A stretch of DNA of 64,000 bases. It comes from a virus. Position numbers and translations under genes: made by a program. Every line of letters begins with the position of its first letter. The first letter of the stretch is position 1. A model generated the notes under the pieces. The model was not told the DNA's origin, ran no database searches, and saw only the letters and a program-made list of their open reading frames with translations. The stretch covers positions 1 to 64,000 of the IMG/VR virus record IMGVR_UViG_3300046167_000921; one strand, given 5' to 3'. This document shows, one piece after another, positions 57,366-64,000 of the stretch.

Positions 57366-57931
57366 GATCCTGTCTCTATCTTCTGGTGATCATACGCCCT
57401 CAAAAACTTTTCAGCTTTATCTAGCTGATATGCCTTATCTCTCAGATCCTTATTGAGGTTCATATTACCTAATACGGTAATCTCATGGGTCGCGGTATCT
57501 TCAAGCCTTGTTGTCAAACCTAGTGTTTTTGGCATCAAGGCTTTTATTAGTTTAGGGTCTATGTATTTAATAGAGATGTCCCAAACCATATCTAATTCTA
57601 CACCTTGACATATGTTCAAAGGCTGACCCCCATACACGGTAGTCATCTTTTCCCTGTGAAGAGAAATCCCTGATCTCGTCTTGAGTTCTAGGTCAAAGAA
57701 GTGGACAGGTATTGGGGCTTCAGGTCTATCAAAGAACATCTTAAAAGCTACATGAAGGTTCTTATCGCCAAAGGTTATCGTGGGTTGGTTGATATGACCC
57801 CACTCATGGATGATGATATATACCTCTTTAGACTCTACGAGCCTATTAACGAAGTCAAGTTCGATGTCGCTCATGGGTATGTACAGAGAATTACTGTTCC
57901 CACCTCCAAATTCGTTCTTGTCTTTTGCCAT
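57362..57931 (-). CDS. Conserved hypothetical phage protein
   Basis: GGGNSNSLYIPMSD...; AGAGG SD. Confidence 0.75.
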   Translation of the reverse strand: MAKDKNEFGGGNSNSLYIPMSDIELDFVNRLVESKEVYIIIHEWGHINQPTITFGDKNLHVAFKMFFDRPEAPIPVHFFDLELKTRSGISLHREKMTTVYGGQPLNICQGVELDMVWDISIKYIDPKLIKALMPKTLGLTTRLEDTATHEITVLGNMNLNKDLRDKAYQLDKAEKFLRAYDHQKIETGS

Positions 57932-57942
57932 CTTACACCTCT

Positions 57943-59274
57943 TTAGATAAGTTCAAGTATGTACAATACTCTACCCAAGCCAGAGCTAACCTTAACCCCT
58001 CTAGCACTAGAAACCTTTTGAGACTCTCTCAGAAAGAATAAAGGATCGAACTCTAGCTTAGTTTCGCCCTTAAGTATACAATCTCTCAAGCTTCCCTTGA
58101 GGTCAGATTTACTTAAAAAGTGCAATATGACCTCTGGGTTGATGTAAGACTGCTTCGTTGTTTTGGGTGAGTCATGAGAGAGGGCGACTTGAGCACTTTT
58201 ATGTGCTTTATCCAGAACTTTGCAGATCTCGTCTATGGTCTTCTCCGCCGCCTCTTCCACCTCAAGATCAACATAAGACTTTATTTTTAACATTAGAGTG
58301 TCTCTCTCTTGCTTCAATGTCTCATAAACCGCTTCTGTGGCCCGCAGCTTCCTGAAGTCTGTAATTCTTAACTCGCCGAAGTTTTCCTTAAAGTACTTCT
58401 TGAGGTGCCGATATTTGAAATCCTCCCCAAAGAGGTAATCTGAACTATGACCCTCAAAGCCCTCTATGTACTCTCTAAGTACTTTAGTTGTAGTGGTATC
58501 AGTTAGAGATGCCCTGTTGACAACACCTTTCTTACCCTCAAACCGTAAGAGGATCGTCCCATCTCCCTGTAAACGCAGGTGCTCTCTCTTCAAAGTGAGA
58601 GCTCCGAAGGTTTCGATCTCCTCACCTTCAGCTAGGATCGCATTCCCATGACGACCTGGCCTGATGCCTGTCTCTAGAATAATTAACAAGACTAGAGCGG
58701 AGATCTTGTCAAAGCCGTATTTTGAATCCAGAGAGGACTTTAAGGTCTTCTCTATGTCATCATACTGCTCTAAGATCTTACGTTGATTAAGAGCCTTTTC
58801 TGCAACCGTGTACGTCTTGTTCGCAAACAGCTCTCCGATGTTCTTGACCCTGCCTTTATCATCGACATCAACTGTAATGGTGTCGGGAAGGTAGGCCCTT
58901 AATTTCTTAGGTATTGTCTTAAGGAACAACTTCTGCTTCTTATAGAGCTGAATGTCCCTCCTCGACTTTAGTGTAATCTTCCCTTCACCGTCAAGAGCCT
59001 CTTTGAGTGTGAGGTCACCCAAGAGGTGGTCGGTTATGATCTTAACCGTTTTATTCCTCTTAGTCTTGAAGGAGTCCTCTGTCAGAGGCCCTACAAACTT
59101 CTGTATATATCTCTTCACTTGGGGGAGAGACTCTATCAAAAGCCTTAGCTCTTTCGCTTTCGTACTCCCCTCTTCTATGGTGCGAGGGTACTTTTTCAGC
59201 GAGGAAAGGAGAGACTTAAATTCCTTTAGAGACCTGTCTCTGAAGTTGATTGTTGCTTTATCTATATCGTTCAT
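57943..59274 (-). CDS. DNA topoisomerase IB (poxvirus/bacterial type)
   Basis: Catalytic pentad: IRPG, FEGKKG, DFRKLRAT, LSH, SYINP; TFGALTLKREH. Confidence 0.85.
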   Translation of the reverse strand: MNDIDKATINFRDRSLKEFKSLLSSLKKYPRTIEEGSTKAKELRLLIESLPQVKRYIQKFVGPLTEDSFKTKRNKTVKIITDHLLGDLTLKEALDGEGKITLKSRRDIQLYKKQKLFLKTIPKKLRAYLPDTITVDVDDKGRVKNIGELFANKTYTVAEKALNQRKILEQYDDIEKTLKSSLDSKYGFDKISALVLLIILETGIRPGRHGNAILAEGEEIETFGALTLKREHLRLQGDGTILLRFEGKKGVVNRASLTDTTTTKVLREYIEGFEGHSSDYLFGEDFKYRHLKKYFKENFGELRITDFRKLRATEAVYETLKQERDTLMLKIKSYVDLEVEEAAEKTIDEICKVLDKAHKSAQVALSHDSPKTTKQSYINPEVILHFLSKSDLKGSLRDCILKGETKLEFDPLFFLRESQKVSSARGVKVSSGLGRVLYILELI

Positions 59275-59330
59275 ATCCCCTCCGTCTTAACTAAGAACTG
59301 AGATTGGGGGGGCTATTAATAGACTACAAC

Positions 59331-59696
59331 CTACTTGAGTGTGCCGTCAAACTCTTCGAATTCTATGTCTTCGATTGGGTTTTTTTCGGCGTGCTCAGTT
59401 TTTTTTTGCGTTGGATGCGAGGAACCGTCCTTATCTAAGGCAGAAACCGCGACATGAGTATACTTATCAAGAGCGGCCTGCCCGAGAATGTACCCTATCT
59501 GGATGAAGCCTGAAGTGACGATCATCGTAACCAACACCATAAATGCGTAGTGTTCAATTTTCGTCTGATATTCCCAGATGACATAGAACATCAAGATTTT
59601 CCATCCAAGGTCAGCGATAAGGTATGCCAAGAACTTCTTACTCTTGAGTGGGAGCTTATCGAAGATGGTATGGTCTTTTGGTTTTTCGGTGGTCAT
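59331..59696 (-). CDS. Two-TM membrane protein, putative holin
   Basis: KSKKFLAYLIA...YILGQAALD pattern; charged C-terminal tail. Confidence 0.5.
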   Translation of the reverse strand: MTTEKPKDHTIFDKLPLKSKKFLAYLIADLGWKILMFYVIWEYQTKIEHYAFMVLVTMIVTSGFIQIGYILGQAALDKYTHVAVSALDKDGSSHPTQKKTEHAEKNPIEDIEFEEFDGTLK

Positions 59697-59705
59697 GGGT
59701 TCCTC

Positions 59706-60053
59706 TTAATTCACTCGGAGTTTGGTTCGCTTGTTAGTGGATTTGTTAACTGTTTTTGGGAGGTGGTTGTTTCCCAAGTTCACTCTAGTTGTCATAGAAC
59801 TCTGGAAGTCGTCCTCTATGGTTTGAGTGTATTTACGAGGGGGAGTGCTGTAGGCATATATAGTCTCCAGCCTACCCTGCTCTTCAGGGAGCATGGAAGA
59901 CAGCAATGCTTGGAAGTCGTCTCTCGCCTTTTGATTTCCGTCAGACAAGAACTCTAGGATCAAATGGTCTGGGAGAAGGGGAGGGTTTTCAAAGTCGCCT
60001 GTCACACCTTTCAGGGTGTTCTGTCCGTTGTCTCTAATCCAATAGTTAGACAT
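59706..60053 (-). CDS. Hypothetical protein (start re-assigned to MSNYW)
   Basis: GGGGAG SD before ATG 60053. Confidence 0.6.
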   Translation of the reverse strand: MSNYWIRDNGQNTLKGVTGDFENPPLLPDHLILEFLSDGNQKARDDFQALLSSMLPEEQGRLETIYAYSTPPRKYTQTIEDDFQSSMTTRVNLGNNHLPKTVNKSTNKRTKLRVN

Positions 60054-60543
60054 CTCTCTCCCCCTCTTCTTCTTCACCATCTTCGGTGTCTTTGGTTTTA
60101 GGTATCCAACTCTCTACAACATTCTTTAGAATGATGTCTTCTTCTTTCTTTGCCTTAATCACACCCTCTCCTTGGAATAAAGATAGCTTGTCAATCACAG
60201 CAGATTGGAGATCGAATATTTGTTCGCGAAGAAGTTGCATCTGTATCTGAGCATCCCTTAATCTCGCGATCAGGGCTTCTCGATCTCCGTTTGCGGACGC
60301 GAGTTTGTCCTTGAGTTCTTCTACTTCAGAGGGGTCTCTCCCTGAAGCTATTGCGAGCATAGAAGATATAGACCCCGTGAGCATACCTATGATCCCAATC
60401 AGGATGTCCCTATTTTTCTCTACTATTTCGTGCGTAGAAAGAAAGTAGATGAGTATGACAATAAGACACATGAAGACGACAGACGCCCACCAGCCTCTTT
60501 TAGCTTTCTCTGATTGAGTGAACTGCTTATTTGTCTGGTTCAT
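60046..60543 (-). CDS. Two-TM plus coiled-coil membrane protein
   Basis: WWASVVFMCLIVILIYFL and ILIGIIGMLTGSISSMLAIA, then heptads. Confidence 0.75.
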   Translation of the reverse strand: MNQTNKQFTQSEKAKRGWWASVVFMCLIVILIYFLSTHEIVEKNRDILIGIIGMLTGSISSMLAIASGRDPSEVEELKDKLASANGDREALIARLRDAQIQMQLLREQIFDLQSAVIDKLSLFQGEGVIKAKKEEDIILKNVVESWIPKTKDTEDGEEEEGERDV

Positions 60544-61414
60544 CGCTAAATCCTATTCTTTTCTGCAGGTCTTTTTTAACAAAATCGTAAGACTCTGAGA
60601 CGTAATCTACGACGCTGTCATAGATGGGCATAGTATAAGGAAGCCCTATTAATATTCTTGACATGGGTCTAACAGATATTTGAAATAGGACATATAGGAT
60701 CACGATAAGAGAGATTACCCCAGCTCTCCATATGACCCAATTTACCCAATCTAGGAATTCCCTATCTCTAGCTCTTTTCTTTATATACTTCGGGCCACCC
60801 AGCCTTTTGACTTTCTCAGAACTTGGAGGGGGCTGAAGAGATTCCACACTCTGCCCAACTGCGTAAACCTCCTGCGGGGTGCTCACCCCTTTGAAGCGAT
60901 ACATACCAACGCAGGCATATCGAGTGTCCTTAGGGGTACGGGTATTAGTTCTACTCTTAATGTTGACAAATGCTTCTTTCGTCAACAGAACTTGACCTGC
61001 TTGGCAGAGGCTCATAGTTCGAGCCGCTATGTTTTTAGCTAAGCCCTCTAGTTCAATCCTTTTAGCACCAGCACCGACGAAGAGTTCATCTTGTTGCACC
61101 TCTATGATCCGACCCCAATGGATGCCTATACGGGTAGTCAGCCGAGTCTTCTTTGGAACTGTCCTCTGATAGCTGAGAGCAAAGTTGACGGCATCAACAG
61201 TCCTGTTAAAAGAAAGTAAGAACCCGTCACTTCGGTCTATTTCTCGACCGTCATGTTTATAGATTAAAGACCGTGCGAGCCTATCATGAACCTGAAACCA
61301 CTGAGCCGACACATGGGCACCATTCTTTTGAACGAATGCGGTAGACCCAATTATATCTAGCAAGACGATTGCTAGATAACGTTCTTTCATCGTGACTTCA
61401 GTGGGGACTTTCAT
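60527..61414 (-). CDS. Class III nucleotidyl (adenylate/guanylate-type) cyclase with C-terminal TM anchor
   Basis: LLDIIGST, IDRSDGFLLSF, RIGIHWG, ELEGLAKNIAAR, GQVLLT; TM AGVISLIVILYVLF. Confidence 0.88.
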   Translation of the reverse strand: MKVPTEVTMKERYLAIVLLDIIGSTAFVQKNGAHVSAQWFQVHDRLARSLIYKHDGREIDRSDGFLLSFNRTVDAVNFALSYQRTVPKKTRLTTRIGIHWGRIIEVQQDELFVGAGAKRIELEGLAKNIAARTMSLCQAGQVLLTKEAFVNIKSRTNTRTPKDTRYACVGMYRFKGVSTPQEVYAVGQSVESLQPPPSSEKVKRLGGPKYIKKRARDREFLDWVNWVIWRAGVISLIVILYVLFQISVRPMSRILIGLPYTMPIYDSVVDYVSESYDFVKKDLQKRIGFSDEPDK

Positions 61415-61415
61415 A

Positions 61416-61625
61416 CTACTCCCAGAGGCTCTCTATATTGCTACAAGTAGTATTCAAGATCCTCTGAGCTATGACCTTATCGCAATTGTCTATGTAAGGT
61501 CGGTATCCGACACATTCTTCAATGTAGTCTATAGCCTCTTCGCAAGGTGTCTTCACGGGATCTTCCTGATGTCCTGCTTCACAAGAGCTTAAGGAAAACG
61601 CTATTAGTAAGGCGATCTTCTTCAT
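61416..61625 (-). CDS. Small lipoprotein with additional cysteines
   Basis: MKKIALLIAFSLSS-C lipobox. Confidence 0.7.
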   Translation of the reverse strand: MKKIALLIAFSLSSCEAGHQEDPVKTPCEEAIDYIEECVGYRPYIDNCDKVIAQRILNTTCSNIESLWE

Positions 61626-61945
61626 TACAAGTACCCTACGAATGCGAATTCTTGTTTTTTAACAACTTCGAGAGGAGAGTTCTCATACTTTTTGATTAAC
61701 CACATGATGTAGTAGTCTCCTGGGATAAACCCAGCGGACAACCTCTCCGAGACGTAGTAGATTCCAGATTGATCTTGAAATGGCACTCTACCACCCTGCC
61801 CTACTCTCCATTGACCTCTAGCATGGTCTTTAGCATGGAATTCATAGTAGATGACGTAAGGGTCAAAAGCACCACCACTCTGGTCATACAGCATGATGTA
61901 TAAATCATTAGGGCCTAACTGTTGCCCTTGAGTATATACAGGCAT
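61625..61945 (-). CDS. Small beta-sandwich (Ig-like) protein, probably virion-associated
   Basis: Alternating aromatic beta strands, PGDYYIMW. Confidence 0.55.
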   Translation of the reverse strand: MPVYTQGQQLGPNDLYIMLYDQSGGAFDPYVIYYEFHAKDHARGQWRVGQGGRVPFQDQSGIYYVSERLSAGFIPGDYYIMWLIKKYENSPLEVVKKQEFAFVGYL

Positions 61946-61946
61946 T

Positions 61947-62300
61947 TTAAATCACCGAGATGATGTTGTTGACTGAGGATGAGGCGACAGCTTTTTTAAC
62001 AGAAATGGTTTGTTCCGCTTTGACCTCAGATTCGTCCCCTACAAGATTAGCGACGTACTCAACAAAGAGAGTTTGCCCTTCGACATCATTAGGAATTGTA
62101 ATCTTAGTGATGAACCTATGATCTTGATCTGTCTGTTGCATGGCAACTGGGCCTGTGATCACTGTCCTTACGACACCTTGATACTTAAATAATGTCGCGG
62201 TGACATTAGCAACTTGAATGGGTTTGCTATCTTGACCTATCCAAGATACTTGACAAGGGTGCGACTCAGAGACCTCTGCTTGAGAATAGTACGCAATCAT
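61947..62300 (-). CDS. Small beta-sandwich protein
   Basis: GGAGG SD; beta-rich. Confidence 0.6.
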   Translation of the reverse strand: MIAYYSQAEVSESHPCQVSWIGQDSKPIQVANVTATLFKYQGVVRTVITGPVAMQQTDQDHRFITKITIPNDVEGQTLFVEYVANLVGDESEVKAEQTISVKKAVASSSVNNIISVI

Positions 62301-62351
62301 AACCCCCCTCCTTCATATGTATTATATGTATTTATGAAGGAGGGGGGTTAT
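62299..62351 (-). promoter_or_regulatory. 19-bp perfect inverted repeat covering the SD and start of 62300, TATAAT in the loop
   Basis: ATAACCCCCCTCCTTCATA (62299-62317) / TATGAAGGAGGGGGGTTAT (62333-62351). Confidence 0.75.
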
Positions 62352-62361
62352 AAAATGAATA

Positions 62362-62616
62362 TTAAGATTCTTCCCTCGCCATATAGGTCAAGGCTTTGAG
62401 AGACCTGATCTCATCGACATAGCTCAAAGCGATCACTCTTGACGTTCTGTTGAAGAACTCTCTCTTAAGATCTTTAAAAGAGGACTTCTTCTCGAAGACG
62501 AAGACCACCTTACGCCCTTCAAGCTCAGTCTTTAATAGCTCCATGCCTACTACTTTTAAGTACGCGGCAAAGTACAGATCTGAGGTCTTGTAAAGAGGCT
62601 CGGGTTCAACATTCAT
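62362..62616 (-). CDS. DUF5659-like small protein
   Basis: YKTSDLYFAAYL...GRKVVFVF. Confidence 0.7.
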   Translation of the reverse strand: MNVEPEPLYKTSDLYFAAYLKVVGMELLKTELEGRKVVFVFEKKSSFKDLKREFFNRTSRVIALSYVDEIRSLKALTYMAREES

Positions 62617-62846
62617 ACCGAGCTTCTCTCCAGAAGGGAACTCAGGGCGACTTGGGCTTTACGAACGCCCTTGTCACTTGAAGGGATTTGAATGAGCTTG
62701 CCTTTCTTATCCCATTTAGCGACAAGGGGTCTTTCTCCCCATGCCCCTCTTAACTCGTCACCGTCTGTGACCAGCACCCGCCCTTCATGTGAAGAACGTT
62801 TTAAGAATGCACTAAGAACCTTTTTATCCTGAAGGGCGATTTTCAC
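62613..62846 (-). CDS. Fourth member of the DKKVI-domain family
   Basis: LQDKKVLSAFLKR...LVTDGDEL. Confidence 0.6.
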   Translation of the reverse strand: MKIALQDKKVLSAFLKRSSHEGRVLVTDGDELRGAWGERPLVAKWDKKGKLIQIPSSDKGVRKAQVALSSLLERSSV

Positions 62847-62874
62847 CGTTTGTGTCTCCCGTGTTAGTTATGAT

Positions 62875-63546
62875 TTAGAGGACGTTACCGAGTCCGTCAT
62901 ATACTACCACGTAAGGATCAACAACAGCACCTCCGACAGTGCGAGTGCTTTTAAGACCGAGAAGATCTCCCTTAGCTACAGAAATCCAGAAGCTTGAGTC
63001 CTCCTCAAGGACAGGGCTCACGACACCGTAGTCAAAGAAGCTCGTCGCTACAGGCTGAAAAACCCCAGCCACTTCTACGACATGACCTGCGGGAACGACG
63101 TATCTTGCCCCTGCGAGAATCTGTAGGATGTCTTCTACAGAAGCTGTAGAGGTTGCAACCCCCACGCCTGCGGTAGCTACGGTCACCGCGACAACAGCAT
63201 TAATAGCCGCGAGGTCGAGAGTGTTACCTGCTCTCATCTCAGCCACTAGAGCATCTGCGATGGTCTTTGCGTCCGCTGATGTGATAGACGCACCTACGGC
63301 AGGGTCGTTTGCACCATCATCGAGATTGACTAGGAGATAAGCCGCGAGGCCTCTCACTTCCGTAGTCACCACCCCAGCCGCTACTGTAGGGAGTGTGGTG
63401 GTTTCAGCTACGCGAAGGTAACGAGGCCCTTGCGGTGCGGGGTCAACCACAGGGTTGGCTTGTGATCTATTAGGCCACATATCTTTAACAAGAATCTGGC
63501 CGTTAGAGATAGATGTGTCTCTGATACAAATTGCTGGACTTGGCAT
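62875..63546 (-). CDS. Ala/Val-rich virion structural protein (paralogue of 63559)
   Basis: IADAL..EMRAG..L.LAAINAV...ST.SV.DILQILAG...VPAG. Confidence 0.65.
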   Translation of the reverse strand: MPSPAICIRDTSISNGQILVKDMWPNRSQANPVVDPAPQGPRYLRVAETTTLPTVAAGVVTTEVRGLAAYLLVNLDDGANDPAVGASITSADAKTIADALVAEMRAGNTLDLAAINAVVAVTVATAGVGVATSTASVEDILQILAGARYVVPAGHVVEVAGVFQPVATSFFDYGVVSPVLEEDSSFWISVAKGDLLGLKSTRTVGGAVVDPYVVVYDGLGNVL

Positions 63547-63558
63547 TTACTTTTCTCC

Positions 63559-63999
63559 TTAGATGTAGAGTGAGCCGTCATCACCATAGATGACAACGTA
63601 AGGTGCAGGGTTACCGCTAGCGTCTACCCTCTCCTGAGCTTTGCGAAGCTGACCTCTCTTTGCAGAGATCCAGAAAGAGGGGTGGTTGTTGAAGTCACTC
63701 CAAAGACTAGCATAGTCGGCAGGGTTCGTGAGAGATCCCGCTTGATCTAGACCCGCGAGAGGCACGAAGGCACCTGCATCTTGCACGTCCTGACCCGCTG
63801 GGATACTGAAGACTTTGTAGCCCGAAATAATCTGAAGAACCTCAAGCACTGTGCCTGTAGAGTTACCCAGAATGCCGTCAAGGTCATTACCCACGGCGGT
63901 GTTTTCAACGATAACAGCATTGATGTCTGCGATAGTAAGACTTTGAGCAGAACGCATTCTCAAGATGAGAGCATCTGCGATGTCGTTTGCTTGATCACT
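63559..63999 (-). CDS. Virion structural protein, 5'-truncated by the window edge
   Basis: Frame open to the end of the window: SDQANDIADALILRMRSAQSL...; paralogous to 62875. Confidence 0.65.
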   Translation of the reverse strand, partial: SDQANDIADALILRMRSAQSLTIADINAVIVENTAVGNDLDGILGNSTGTVLEVLQIISGYKVFSIPAGQDVQDAGAFVPLAGLDQAGSLTNPADYASLWSDFNNHPSFWISAKRGQLRKAQERVDASGNPAPYVVIYGDDGSLYI

Positions 64000-64000
64000 A

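Noticed and set aside
57943-59274. Tyrosine integrase/prophage marker
   Set aside because: Motif spacing and GKKG/SYINP context fit TopIB; no att-like repeats seen
1-64000. CRISPR array, tRNA or rRNA genes
   Set aside because: No repeat-spacer periodicity or cloverleaf/T-loop signatures noticed by eye; all tandem repeats are coding. A tRNAscan/Infernal run would be needed to exclude them fully
1-64000. Stop-codon reassignment
   Set aside because: Conserved genes end cleanly at TAA, TAG and TGA with good coding density; the breaks seen are frameshifts, not in-frame stops
1-64000. Giant eukaryotic virus origin, suggested by TopIB and actin
   Set aside because: Contractile sheath, prohead protease, HK97-type capsid, SD sites and intrinsic terminators indicate a bacteriophage

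Overview
64-kb segment of a large tailed bacteriophage with a contractile tail (myovirus, probably a jumbo phage). Bacterial Shine-Dalgarno sites and intrinsic terminators, the standard genetic code, and an outer-membrane beta-barrel plus a lipoprotein point to a Gram-negative host. Core virion genes (head-completion/neck, a 1603-aa tail sheath, prohead protease, scaffold, decoration proteins, HK97-type major capsid) and DNA-metabolism genes (UvsE, ATP-dependent ligase, RuvC, SNF2 helicase, topoisomerase IB, two-subunit M.AquI-like C5 methyltransferase) are scattered among many accessory paralogues. The most striking unexplained structure is a set of otherwise unrelated proteins that share either an N-terminal coiled-coil leader (LExRIAxLEKxA) or a C-terminal tail (KRASQIRVASxMNRExQREIKALKRDL). 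Each tag is bounded by [KR]-x-A-[S/G], the motif that saturates the scaffold and the protease itself. I infer a modular capsid-addressing and protease-release system for injected cargo. That cargo would include a recombining tandem array of pentapeptide-repeat (DNA-mimic-like) proteins and hydrophobic-hairpin proteins. Other notable items: a recurring TAR-N6-TAT promoter-like motif with RBS-sequestering hairpins, an actin-fold ATPase, a membrane-anchored class III nucleotidyl cyclase inside a lysis-like membrane operon, and an EF-hand/Met-His-Asp repeat scaffold. Several apparent 1-nt indels in homopolymers suggest assembly errors, so frameshift-based claims are given low weight. All family assignments come from motif recognition and memory; no database searches were run.
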